Positions 12,790-25,259 of a stretch of DNA of 64,000 nucleotides are shown here, one piece after another (the first letter of the stretch is position 1; each line of letters starts with the position of its first letter). Position numbers and translations under genes: made by a program. The DNA is from Eledone cirrhosa. Taxonomy: Eukaryota. A model generated the notes under the pieces. The model was not told the origin of the DNA. It saw only the letters and a program-made list of their open reading frames with translations, and did not search any database. Where the stretch lies: the NCBI GenBank assembly GCA_964016885.1, contig OZ024740.1:419554001-419618000 (forward strand). The letters run 5' to 3'.

Positions 12790-13089
12790 TCATCATCATC
12801 ATCATTTCATTTTACGTCTGCTTTTTCCCTGCTCGCAAGGTTGGGACGGGAACTGATCTGGCTTGATTTCTACAGCTGGATGCCCTTCCTAACACCAACC
12901 TCATTTACTGTGAGTGCTGGGTGCTTTTTTGCCATGGCACCTCCACGACCACTTTGCAGTGGAATGATAGGGACCCCCAGTCCTTATCATCTCATTTCTA
13001 CAGCTGAGTAAACTGGAGCAATGTGAAATAAAGTGTCTTGCTCAAGGAAACAACACATCACCCGGTCTGAGAATTGAACTCACAACCTT
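12790..13089 (-). mobile_element. SINE with Meta-like domain and RTE-derived tail, cut by the gap
   Basis: Homologous to 48331-48654 and 50993-51328. Confidence 0.8.
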
Positions 13090-13289
13090 NNNNNNNNNNN
13101 NNNNNNNNNNNNNNNNNNNNNNNNNNNNNNNNNNNNNNNNNNNNNNNNNNNNNNNNNNNNNNNNNNNNNNNNNNNNNNNNNNNNNNNNNNNNNNNNNNNN
13201 NNNNNNNNNNNNNNNNNNNNNNNNNNNNNNNNNNNNNNNNNNNNNNNNNNNNNNNNNNNNNNNNNNNNNNNNNNNNNNNNNNNNNNNNN
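13090..13289. other. Assembly gap (200 N)
   Basis: Run of n. Confidence 1.
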
Positions 13290-14114
13290 TACAGCACGTG
13301 GAACTCTGTCAAAGGCTTTCTCAAGATCGACGAATGCCAGGTAGAGTGGCTTACTTTTAGCTAGGTACTTTTCCTGTAACTGCCTCACAAGGAAGAGGGC
13401 ATCAGTGGTGCCTCTTCCTGGTACAAACCCAAATTGCATCTCATCTAGTTTCACCCGGTCCCTAATCAAATGTGCTATAACTCTTTCTGTTACTTTCATG
13501 ACCTGGTCCATCAGCTTTATACCTCTATAGTTTCCTCTATCGAGTGCATCACCTTTACCTTTGTAGCAGTTGACAATGATGCTACTGCACCAATCTTTTG
13601 GTATGACACCTTCTAGTATTACCTGGTTAACAATACGTGTGGTTATAGTGTGACCTACAGACCCAGATGCCTTCAGCATCTCGGCAGCTATACCTGATGG
13701 ACCGGTTGCCTTCCCCATCTTCATATCTTTGATTGCCTTACTTACTACGCTGCTGCTGACTTGTACTGCTGGCCCCTCTATGGAGTCTACTTGGGGTAGG
13801 GTCTCTTCTTCCCATGCATTCTCCTCATTTAGTGATCTATCATAATGACTCTTCCATGCATCTTTCTTCTCAGCACTTCTCTCCAATGACATCACAATTC
13901 TCTCTGACACACTGCCTCGCAATCTTGAACACCTCCTGTTTCTGGTCCTCACGTTGCAAAACATGCTTGAATTTTCTATCCTCTGCTTCCCCCCTAGCTA
14001 AGTATACTTGTCGCCTAGCTTCCCTCTTGGTATCTATGTAATGTACCCTGCTCCCCCCGTTCTTCCATTCTCTCCATGCCTGTCTCTTGGCATTAACTGC
14101 CTCATCTACCTTAT
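13290..14114 (-). mobile_element. RTE subfamily A internal fragment with a small deletion
   Basis: NYRGIKL...QFGFVPGRGTTDA...[15 protein letters not shown]; highly similar to 54756-55620. Confidence 0.9.
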
Positions 14115-14491
14115 TATATATATATATATATTATTATATATATACATATATATTATAAATATATTTATATTATATATATGTATATTATATATATTATGTA
14201 TATTATATATATGTATATTATATATATATATATTGTTATACTTGGGGAGGGTCATATTTGTGTAATAATATTGCCAGAATTAATAACAGAACACACTCAC
14301 TATTTGGTTGGTTTTCGCTTCTGTGTCTTTTATATCGGTTAATTTAATTTATTCGGTCCTCAATGTTACCATTGACTGACCAACGGTCAAATATACAGAT
14401 ACGATATAGACACAAACACATATATATAGTGTAACAAAGTTCTTTCGTTGCACATCGCAAAACTAATATATATATATATCTATATTATATT

Positions 14492-14807
14492 CATTTTCAT
14501 TTCATTTCATTTTACATCCACTTTTCCCTGCTTGCAAGGGTGGGACGGGAACTGATGCTGGCTTGATTTCTACAGCTGGATTCCCTTCCTAACTTACAAT
14601 GAGTGGTGGGTGCTTTTTTGCCGTGGCACCTCCACGACCACTTTACAGTGGAATGATAGGAACCCCAGTCCCTATCATCTCATTTCTACAGCTGAGTAAA
14701 CTGGAGCAATGTGAAATAAAGTGTCTTGTTCAAGGAAACAACACATTACCCGGTCTGAGAATTGAACTCACAACCTTTCGATTGCAAGGCCAATGCTCTA
14801 ACCATGT
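14492..14807 (-). mobile_element. SINE with RTE-derived tail
   Basis: Homologous to 48331-48654. Confidence 0.8.
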
Positions 14808-16251
14808 ATATTTATATTATATTCAGTATATTATATATATATTATATTCAGTATATTATATATATATCTATATTATATATATATTATATAAACATATATG
14901 TATGTATATTATATATATACATACACATTACAGTGAATTGTTTTGCCATAGGGAATGAACAATCCAGTGTTTCTGACATTTTCATTGTCTTTTTGTGACT
15001 GTGGTATTAGTCTTCATATTGTTTCCTGCTAGATTGTATTACATATAAAACAAAGGAAAAAAAAATTATCAAAAGATTCTATGTATGTATGTATGTATGT
15101 ATGCATGTATATGTGTGTGTTGATATATCATTTCTTCTGGAGTCTAGAGGAAATTCTGCTTTGAAATTGGTTTCAATATCTTTCCTTTTTATAAAGAAAC
15201 AAAAAAGCATGCCAACATGATGGGTTTGTGTTAAAGTATTGTTGATAACATTTTTAAAGTGGCAACAGTTGCACAGATAATTGTGGTTCTTTTTCTATAG
15301 GAATTTCTCTCTTTCTTCAAAAAATATATTTTCTTGCTTTGTCATGATTTGTTCAGCCATTCTCTACATCCATGTTTCATTCTTTTATTTTCCTCTTCAT
15401 CACCTCCCTTTCTCTTCTCTTTCCCCTCTCTTCATCCCCTCTCTTTTTCTATTTTTTCATTTTCATTCTTTTCTCTCCTTTATTACCACTCTTTCTCCTT
15501 TCTTTCATTTTCTCCTCCTCTTCACCACCTCTCTTTCTCCTTTCTTTTATTTTCTCTCCTCCTTCATCACCTCTCTTTCCTCATTCCTTTTGGACCTCCT
15601 CCTCCATATTGGAGTGTACTTACTGTAAAATAGAAATAAATATATAGAGCTAGAGAGGACAGCATTAGAGGTTGTTGACATAATCAGAGGATTCAATTTG
15701 CTGCTGATTGCTTCTACAAAAGGATTCCACTGATATAAAACTCTAATTCATAAGAAAGAATGTTACAGTAGATGAGATATAATATTTGTATGGCCAGCTG
15801 TTGTCATACATATTATTGTGATCACATCCCATCTATCATGTGTTCTTCATTTCTGCTTGTAAAGAGAGAAGCATGGAGTCTTTTTAACTCTGTACAAGAA
15901 ACAAGTTATAAAGTTGTCAATGTGGGATTACTTTGAGGGATAGCTATGTTCTTTAAACAGGAAAACAATGCTGGAACTTGGCTTGTGATTTTCTTATTTC
16001 TGTTAATAGGAAATTTCCCATGAGCTTTGCCTTGTCCAAACCCGTTAAAATGAGAAGAGTAAATGTGAGATATAGAGAAAGAATCCACCCTCAGTACTAG
16101 ACTGGTATATTTTATCAACTTTGAAAGGATGATTGGCTAAATTGACCTCAGCAGGGTTTGAACTCAGAGAGTGGGACAAATACTGCAAGGCATTCTATCT
16201 GACATTCTAACAACTCTGCCTATTTGCTACCTTTGCATTTAAAATAGTACT

Positions 16252-16480
16252 TTAACCCTTTAGCATTTAAACCAGCCATATCCAGCCAGAACTCTCTCAC
16301 CTCTCTCTGTTCAAACTGGCTGTAACTGGCTGCTCATACCTACATTAAGGTATTGTTCTCAAAATAAGTAACATCAAAATCTTGTACATTCAATACTATG
16401 TGAAATAATTATGTAAGACAAAGCCTTTACTGTGAAAATACAATAGTAAATATAGAATAATGTAAATGCTAAAGGGTTAA
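16252..16480. mobile_element. piggyBac-type MITE
   Basis: TTAA-CCCTTTAGCATTTA ... TAAATGCTAAAGGG-TTAA; copies at 29488-29702 and 45002-45218, partial copy near 27080-27208. Confidence 0.8.
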
Positions 16481-16810
16481 ACCATTTGTGAGAAACCCAT
16501 TGTCTTATAATAAAATCAGTAAAAGCAGATGCTGCATATGAAACAACTGGAACACTCAGTGGTGAATAACAACTTGTGAGGCTGGAGATTAGATTATTGC
16601 AGAAATATACGGAAGAAAGAGGGCTTTTGAAGGGTATCAGTCCTGAGTTGGGGTTGTATGAAAGTATATACAAGAGGAAGGTGTGTTACAATTAGGCTGT
16701 GTTGAGTCTGTAACAGAAAAGAAAAGATAAAAATGGTAAAATGAATTGAGGTAATTAATTTGGAGCAGCCAAGGTAGCTTTCTCTAAGATAGGTAATATG
16801 CTTAATATTT

Positions 16811-17100
16811 GGAGGTGTGTGGCTTAGTGGTAAGGGTGTTGGGCTTATGATCATAATGTCACGGGTTCGATTCCTGGATTGGATTGTGTTCTTGAGTAAA
16901 AACACTTCATTTCATATTGCTCCAGTATACTCAGCTGAAAATGCATACCAGCAATAGCTGGAGGTTTGACCCTGCAATGAACTGGTGTCCTGTCTAGAAG
17001 GGAGTCTTGTACTCTCAGTCACTTAACTCCATGTAAACTGGGATAAGCACTGGCCTGATGAGCATCTGGGCTTGAGGCAGACTTTAGACTTTTTAGACTT
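16811..17100 (+). mobile_element. Meta-like SINE, copy of 536-827
   Basis: End-to-end homology. Confidence 0.75.
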
Positions 17101-17752
17101 GAATGCTTAACATTTCAGTATGCATTAATTATCTTTTTAGAAAATAACATCTCAGTGAAATTTACTGTCAAATTTATATACTGAATATGTTCAGAGGTTC
17201 ATCAGTCTCAAAGATAATGGAAGAGATGGAGTTGTCAATTGAATGTAATTTGTCTCCTTCAGATTCACTGAAGGAAATAATTAACAACCGACCAAAGAAT
17301 TATGATTTGTCATGACTTTTGATGTTTTGGTCAGGTTAGGCTTTTGTCTGCTACTGGTAGCATGTAACCCAGTATAACCTGCTTCATAGTAGAGTGGTTG
17401 GCGACTACATTAGTTCCCATCAGACTCTGGTCTGGTGAAGAGTGTAAGTAGAACCCTAGCAGCACAAGAAACAAGAGTTGTTAAAAGGACAGATGAACTC
17501 CTCAGTGTCAACAGCCATCCACCACAGCTATGGATTAAATAGCCTCACCAACCCACAATTGACCTACCATGGTAAATATGGCTACAATCCTGACATGACC
17601 AACACCAAACAGAAAGTGGGAGAGGTCATTCATTTTTTTTGTTTTGTTTTTGTAGCCATATATGTATTTTAGCCTCACTAATATTTGGTGAGATTGTTTT
17701 TAAAATAGATTTATAATATCACTCCGGTATATTATAACGTGCTAAATGTTTG

Positions 17753-17905
17753 TAAGGCAGCGAAAAGGCAGTCATTATATCATCGGATAGAATGCTTGTG
17801 GTATTCATTTCAGCTCTCTGTTCTCTGAGTTCAAATCCCGCTGAGGTCAACTTTGCCTTTCATTTGAGGTCGATAAAAAAAGTACCAGTCAAGTACTGGT
17901 TTTGA
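17753..17905 (+). mobile_element. Deu/Nin-domain SINE, diverged
   Basis: GAGTTCAAATCCCGCTGAGGTCAACTTTGCCTTTCA...GGTCGATAAAAAAAGTACCAG. Confidence 0.65.
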
Positions 17906-18005
17906 TCAAGTTTGGACCTTTGCCTATTTCTCAGACATAAAATAGTAAGGGCAGTTTATACTCATAGCAGCTTATATTCCATTACATGTGGTAAATTAAG
18001 GAAGA

Positions 18006-18152
18006 GAAACTCTCAGGAGAGCTGGACAGCAAATCTTTAGAGAAGACTCTCCACCTTAAGCAAGTGTTTTGGCCCTTAACTTCTGAAACACTTGCTTGAG
18101 AGGGGTTTCTTTCTCTGAAGACCTTCTGCTGTCCAGCTCTCCTGAGAGTTTC
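18006..18152. repeat. About 150-bp imperfect hairpin (MITE-like)
   Basis: GAAACTCTCAGGAGAGCTGGACAGCA pairs with TGCTGTCCAGCTCTCCTGAGAGTTTC; inner AAGCAAGTGTTT/AAACACTTGCTT. Confidence 0.7.
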
Positions 18153-19443
18153 CTACCATAATATATTTCGAAGAAATAAGTTGAGGAAAACATTTCTAGT
18201 GATATTTAAAAGATTTTTGATGAACAGAAATACAGACCGATATTTTTAAAAAGTGTATTGTTTCAGGCATAAAAGAGCTAAAAATAGTTATTTTGTACCA
18301 TGTTGAACACTGATTACCATATATTTACATATGCTTTCACCCACATCTATTACCAATAATTGATTTTTTTTTTGGGAGGGGGGTGCTAGTTCCCCCTCTC
18401 CCCACCCCAAATTACGGTGTAAAGGCAATTAGTAATGGTTCTTCATAAGAAAAATAACAATATTGGTATTAGATATTAATTAGTATTAATTAGGTATTAA
18501 AATAAACTAAACCAAGCATGTCTATTTAAATACACAGATGGCTTGTGTAAAGTATAGATTTAGGCGTGTTGTTAAAAAGTTTGATTCACAATCACATTGA
18601 TTCAGATTCCATTCCACTGCATCCTTATACATTCTCCCCTAGACAAGACAGCAAGTACAACTTCACGCCAACAATCTCTGATTCCCAGCAAGGCCTGTAG
18701 GTGGTCCTTGTCACTGCATCCTTATCCATCACCCTAAGACAAGACAAGCACAACTTCACGCTAACTGTCTCTGTTTCCCCCCAAGGTATGTAAGTCATAC
18801 TTATCAATTCCAGTGTCTCTTACTAAGGTATCCTGGCATATCTCATATTTTGTGCAGAAGCAGTGACCAGCAAACCTTCTACCATGCTCAATCAGTCATG
18901 CACTTACTTTGGGGATTTTTCTGTATACCCAACTAAGCATGGGGTGGGACTGCCAAGGAATATTTTGAGTCTTTCTCAGAAGGGTAGTGTAACATCCATC
19001 TAAACAGGTTTGTAGACAGGCGAGTAAGGTCCAAGTCTCAGAACCATAGAGAAGGATAGGCTCTATAGTTGTTCTAAACAGGCTGATGACACCTTCAGCA
19101 CGTATATTCTACTATAACCTGAGGGTGGACAATGCCTTTTATGTGAAATTTGGTAGACAGAAACTGTATTGCTGCCCATCATATCTGTGTGTGTGTGTTT
19201 CTATCCTGTAACTTTACTAAAAAGATATTGATAGTGGAAGTACCAAGCTTTAAATAAGTACTGTGGTCAATATGATCAATGAAATCCCTTCAAGTCAGTG
19301 ACCGATAGTCTAATGACTAAAACTAATAAAAGAATAAAAGAATATACATTATTATTATATTCATATCTTTAGTGTTAAAGAACATAAACAAATTTTGACA
19401 TTGAATCTTAAGATAAAAAGGTATATATATATATATATATATA

Positions 19444-19567
19444 TCATCATCATCATCATCATCATCACTGTTTTACGTCCGTTCTTCCATGCTAGCATGG
19501 GTTAGACAGGTTGTCCTGTTGTGGGCAGTGTCTGGTCGGCTGACCATGCCATGCTCATACAGGAACT
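19444..19567 (-). mobile_element. RTE subfamily A extreme 3' end
   Basis: Matches the 3' UTR of 53269-56992; flanked by (TA)n. Confidence 0.8.
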
Positions 19568-19978
19568 GTATATATATATATATTAATAAAAGGAATTCCA
19601 ACTTTGTCTGATTTACTCGTTTTATTTACAATCCTTTAAAATTATAATGATATTATAATGAAATAGTATGGTAGAATATTAAATGTCAAGTATTAATTGA
19701 ACAAGTACTTTCATGCTTTCGCAATCTTCAAGTTCCTATTGTGTGGTGACAGTCAAGTTTGCAATTTTCACAGTTGAAAATTGCAAACTTGACTGTCACC
19801 ACAGAATATGAACCTGAAGATTGCGAAAGCATGAAAGTACTTGTTCAATTAACACTTGACATTTAATATTCTACCATACTATTTCATTATAATATCATTA
19901 TAATTTTAAAGGATTGTAAATAAAACGAGTAAATCAGACAAAGTTGGAATTCCTTTTATTAATATATATATATATACA
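19567..19978. mobile_element. 412-bp near-perfect palindrome of a non-coding HHR-bearing unit
   Basis: Arms 19567-19770 and 19775-19978, 4-nt spacer CAGT, few mismatches; outer ends in (TA)n. Confidence 0.85.
19809..19847 (+). ncRNA. Minimal type I hammerhead ribozyme
   Basis: UGAAC CUGAAGA U-UGC-GAAA-GCA-U GAA AGUACU U GUUCA; palindromic stem III; mirror copy 19698-19736 (minus) has C3>U. Confidence 0.8.
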
Positions 19979-20008
19979 CAATCATACACACCTGTGTATA
20001 TTTATATA

Positions 20009-20053
<45 letters not shown>

Positions 20054-20055
<2 letters not shown>

Positions 20056-20855
20056 TTTTCCGTAGTGTTGTAATATGAATATTACACACAGTAGATGGAC
20101 AGCTCACGTAGAGTTTGCTCGACGGTTCCAGTTGTAGTTTCAAAAGTAATCCGGAGAAAATAGAAGGATTTAAATGGATACAGTTCAGTTAAAAGGAATT
20201 TATTGACACGTGTTTCAATAACAGTTACATAACCTGAAAACAGCTGCTATCTACAAAGTATTAATTATGCAGACACTCAATATTTCAATGTTATTATCAA
20301 CTATCATTTCATCAGAATAATTTTGAGAACCTGTTTGGTTTTTATAGAGAATATTAAGAGGGAGGGGTGAAGTTGTTAGAAGAATAGTTAAGGGAGTGGA
20401 TAGAGATTTTTTTGATAGCAGTGAGAATTTTTGGTACCAGTGAGTAATTAGATTCCCATCTGTTGTTTTGACATTTTTATAGAATACATTATTTGGCGTT
20501 GGTTATTTTTCTAAATCTATAGAAGGATTACAGACAGTAAAGATATGCATGGTTGGTTTTGTGTTTGCACTTAATTAACATACAGACTTAAATTTTTCTT
20601 TCAAGTGTACGTATCCGTTCGCCCACACATTCACACACAAACATATATGCACACCTCTACAAAATACATACACTCACATACACATACTTACATGCTCATA
20701 CTTATATACATATATACCTGCACATATATATATATACATATATATACACATATATATGTACACACATACGCATTCATGTATATACATTTTCATACTCAAC
20801 TTATCTTCATATACACACGTATAGACACACACATATATACATACATACTCCTGTC

Positions 20856-20912
<57 letters not shown>

Positions 20913-21603
20913 ACTTTAATACATGAATACACATACATCTAACTATCCACATCAAACATATATATATATTTACTTATTTATATACATTTTCACATATATA
21001 TACATACATATGGTCGCTTTTAGACACATTCATTATAGCATATTAACACCTATTCTCATCAGCCTATCTATCCATTATTAGTGTGGTAATTTAAGGTTAT
21101 TAATATACATATATATGTTGAGAAGAGATTGTTTTTATATTTTTCTAACTAGATTGAGGTTTATATAGTTGGGGGGATGTCCCTCTTTTATGTAATATTC
21201 AGCTTGTAGTGGGAAAAAAGGGTTTTAGTTCGGTGACGGCAGAATAATGTTCGTTCAATTCTGTTATTAAGCAATTTCTTCTTGTGTGTGATTATGTAAT
21301 AAATCTCAAGATTACACAATTTGCAGAAGTTTTGGCTCCTGGAAAAGCTTTGGGTTTTAGCTAATTTCTCCCATTTTAGGGTAAACTTTTGATCGCTATC
21401 CCTGAGCGTCCAAGCTTTTTCTGCTAAAGTTGTTACATTTCTTTGGCTCTGGTGTTTTATTGAGTAAGAATGCCTATACAATCGAGATTTAAACGATGTT
21501 GCCGTTGATCCCACGTAATACCACTCGTTGCCTCCAGATTCAATGGTACACTTATAGATGATATTTTTTTCAAGGCAGTTATTGCCGAGAGGGCAATTGT
21601 CAG
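20054..21603 (-). mobile_element. Second PLE family 3' part: GIY-YIG C-terminus, long 3' UTR, HHR
   Basis: ORF 21188-21514 (Y)VGSTATSFKSRLYRH...LAEKAW..R...LKWE.LAK...CKLCNLE.YYI....LLNNR.E...CRH; both ends at (TA)n. Confidence 0.75.
20200..20320 (-). ncRNA. Type I hammerhead with 92-nt stem II domain
   Basis: UUAUU CUGAUGA AAUGAUAGUU...AACUGUUAUU GAA ACACGUGU C AAUAA; GUC triplet; palindromic stem III. Confidence 0.8.
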
Positions 21604-21625
21604 GATATATATATATATATGGATA

Positions 21626-21760
21626 TATATTTGAAAAAAAAAGGAAAAGAATGACTTCACTTGTAGTTCTAAATAATTTAATTTAATTTTATATTATAAA
21701 ATTAAATCAAATTATTTAGAACTACAAGTGAAGTCATTCTTTTCCTTTTTTACAAATATA
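21626..21760. repeat. About 135-bp near-perfect palindrome next to (TA)n
   Basis: AAAGGAAAAGAATGACTTCACTTGTAGTTCTAAATAATTT mirrored around 21694. Confidence 0.85.
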
Positions 21761-22044
21761 CCTAACTCTACCAAGGATCTCAGACATTTTCCAATATATA
21801 TGGAAAATAGTATAATCAAGATTTACATTATGGTGATGTTAAACAGTAGCATTCATTGTTGTTATTTAGCCCCAGGTCAGACTCAATCAAGAAGATATAT
21901 GAACTAAGGCACCTAAACCATGACCACCCTTAAATGTTGCATGTGTTGAAAACTATATATCTAATTTGTTTTGCGTCAGTGTGGGATGGCATGAAGGAAA
22001 TTTGGCTGCTAATTCTAGGCAGTCAAATGTTTCGTTTGTTGGAT

Positions 22045-22402
22045 AAGGATGGTAATGTTGGTGATGGTGGTGGTGGTGGTGTTGGTGGTGGTGGTGGTGG
22101 TGGTGTTGGTGATGGTGTTGGTGGTGTTTTTGGTGGTGATGGTGATGTTGTTGGTGGTGATGGTGATGATGGTAGTGTTGGTGTGGGTGAGATGGTGGTG
22201 TTGGTGATGATGGTAATGTTGGTGTGGGTGATGATGATGGTGGTGTTGGTGGGGGTGATGGTGGCGATGTTGGTGATAGTGGTGGTTGTGGTAGTGGTGG
22301 TGGTGTTAGTGTTGGTGATGTCGTTGGTGTTAGTGTTGTTGGTGGTGTTGTTGGTGATGGTGATGTTGGTGTTGTTGGTAGTGTTGGTGATGATGATGGT
22401 GT
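22045..22402. repeat. (GGT/GAT/GTT)n low-complexity trinucleotide tract
   Basis: Direct inspection. Confidence 0.9.
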
Positions 22403-22941
22403 ATTTTAAACATTGCAATGAATTATTTAGTATATATTATTGGTATTAGTTCCGTGATTTTCACTAATTAACTGATATAATATTGAGCTTCACCATCCAA
22501 TGTTTCCCTCCATTATAACATGAGCAAACATGTATCTCTTCTTCAGTTTCTGCTTAATTATCATCTACAAAAATCAGCTTTTTATTTTTGAGTGCATAAC
22601 TGAATCAATGTGAAAATCAATTTCACACTAAAAGCTTTATTAATAGTTAGTTACAAGTCTGAGTTAGTTACTGCTAGCATACCGGAAATTAAAGAAAACA
22701 TTTTTTAAAACTTATTTATTCAAAAGTATTCAAGTTTAAAGTGGATAAAATCAATTATAGCATAAAGAAAAATGTTATTTTTCAGAGTAAATAAAACTAT
22801 CACTTGCTTTTTACTAAGCAGTAAAACATTTCGTTGACATACATCCTGCTTATGTCTTTTCACTTATCTCTGTAAAAATACATTTTTATATTATTGGTAG
22901 GTATTATATTTGTGTGGTGATATTATATTTGTATTATATTA

Positions 22942-23132
22942 GGGCGGTGGATTGGCAGTATCGGTAGAGGGTCGGACGCCATGCTTTGCAGCACAGTTAC
23001 GTCCCTTTACGGACTGAGTTCAAATCCCACCGAGGTTAACTTTGCCTTTCATCCTTACGGGGTCGATAAAATAAAGTACCAGTAATACACTGAGATAATT
23101 GCTGGCCTTGTGCCAAAAGTAAAAACAATTAT
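22942..23132 (+). mobile_element. Deu/Nin-domain SINE
   Basis: High similarity to 183-375. Confidence 0.8.
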
Positions 23133-24069
23133 ATTTGTGTGGTGTTTCATGCATTTTCAATCATTTATAATCCTATCAAATTATATCTTCTAATATTTTT
23201 ATTGCAAATAAAATTCCAATTTAAAGTTCTGATGTTCTAAAATATATTAAGCCTAGTTTTGATAACTTGCATAAGTTTAATATTTAATAGTGCTATTTAT
23301 TAAATTTAAATCATGGCAATTTTTCAATTTAATCGCATATTATATTTAAGACAAAAAATTGCTTTTCTTTTAAAGATCAATGCAATGAAAATAATTTTTC
23401 TTTTTCTGAACTTATGTAATATATATTCTGTATTAATAGGAATCACTTGACACAGAAGAAGCATCTAATAACTGTACAGTGTATAATCTTAGCAGTACAT
23501 TTTATTAATGGTCTGAGAATGTCTAAGACCATATATAATGGTACTTTAAAGAAATGTTTACAATAACAATGGTACGGGGTATCCTCCACCCCCAATAACT
23601 TACCCTTCACCTCTTGGTCACAGCCGACAGGATTGAGAATACATTGCCCTGAAGGATGGCAAGGGAAACACGCTGGAACAGCCACTCCACCTCGCGGGGC
23701 TCACGCCTGTGGGTAGCCAACTCTGCTACAGTAGCAGTGATCAGGGACCAAGAACACTGGAAGTCTCCACTGCTACAGGCTCTACCACAAACCTATCAGA
23801 AAGCGGCTGATACTTAGGCAGTTTACCTTCTTCGGCCTAGCAGGTAGTAGAGCCTGGGCTGGTAGACAAACACCAGGTTGACACTAGAGAAGGTGTCGCA
23901 GCATATAGCATCCCAGATGAAAGGCCTACCCCTGTGGAGTGGGAAGATTGTCATGCTGCCTGATCTTTTGCCACCCCCTCTGTCCAGCCCCACTGGCTCC
24001 AGCTGGGAATGGAAGCCTGCACCATCCAGGACATACTTTACAATGTGTATTGTGATCTTTATGAATATG

Positions 24070-24393
24070 AATAATGAAATTATTGTGTACAGTGGTCAGG
24101 TGCACTACAACTCATCAAAGGTGCATGTATAGTACATAGAATATTATACAAATGTCAGGGAAGTGAACAGTGTATGAGTCATGATATACATGTGTGCCTG
24201 TGTATGGAGGGGAAATATTAGGTGTAGTGTTGGCAAATCTCAGGAAGCATGGAGGTTTTAAAGGATGCAGTGTCTCGACAGCTAATAACTGATGCAGGTA
24301 GTTTGTTCCATGCTTCAGCAACTCTGAGCATGAAAAAATGTTTCCGAAAGTCATGGGAACTGTGCTGTTATCTGACTTAGTTGGCATGCCCAC
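24070..24393 (-). mobile_element. CR1/L2-group LINE 3' fragment
   Basis: Homologous to 8445-8765. Confidence 0.85.
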
Positions 24394-24419
24394 ATGTATT
24401 TTCCAAAATATCTACAACA

Positions 24420-24933
24420 TATAATAATAATAATAATGAAATTATTGTGTAAAGTGCTCAGGTGCACTACAACTTGTCAAAGGTGCATGTATAGTACATA
24501 GAATAATACACAAATGTCAGGGAAGTGAATAGTGTCATGGTATACATGTGTGTATGTGTATGGAGGAGGATCATTAGCTGTAGTGTTGGTGGATTTCGGG
24601 AAGCATGGAGGCCTTAAAGGATGCAGTGTCTCGACAGCTAACAACTGATGCAGGTAGTTTGTTCCATGCTTCAGCAACTCTGAGCGTGAAAAAATGTTTC
24701 CGAAAGTCATGGGAACTGTGCTGTTTTCTTACTTTGTGGGCATGTCCACGTGTGTTAGACACATGGAAATCAAAAAGGTACTCAGGGTTGTTGTTGGCAA
24801 CATGGTTAACAATTTTGTGGGTGTTTACCAAGTCAGTTGCCAGGCGTCGGAGCTTCAATGTATCTATGCCCAGGGAAGCAAGGCGCTCAGAGTATGGTAG
24901 ATGCCTGATGGAGAGTATTCGCTTGGTTGCACA
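24420..24933 (-). mobile_element. CR1/L2-group LINE 3' fragment
   Basis: Near-identical to 8435-8945; ORF 24574-24858. Confidence 0.9.
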
Positions 24934-25259
24934 TATCTACATCTGAAGAATTGTGTGTTTATGAATGTATTGGTATAACCAAATTAATATTTTAGAAGAT
25001 GGCATTGGTAAGTTTTAAATTCGTTATCATAAGTAATAACTAGTAATAATTAGTGAGAAAATCTTACATATCCACAAAAACAAAAGTTAGATTATTCAAA
25101 TTACAGTGGAATCAATCTAACTGTATTCCTGTGAATCATGGTCGGTGACAATTCCTATCACCAAATCTTTAGATGGTTGCTACACACAAATGATGAGAAG
25201 GATAAAAAACCTCAAACCTCTTGACTGTATTAGAAATAAAATTCTCTAAGGCAACCTCA

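Noticed and set aside
13058-13364. ORFs spanning the N run
   Set aside because: Artefacts of the assembly gap; adjacency of the two sides is unverified.
25112-25178. Minus-strand peptide QPSKDLVIGIVT resembling an S1-domain motif
   Set aside because: Very short, ends in a stop, no convincing donor; likely chance.
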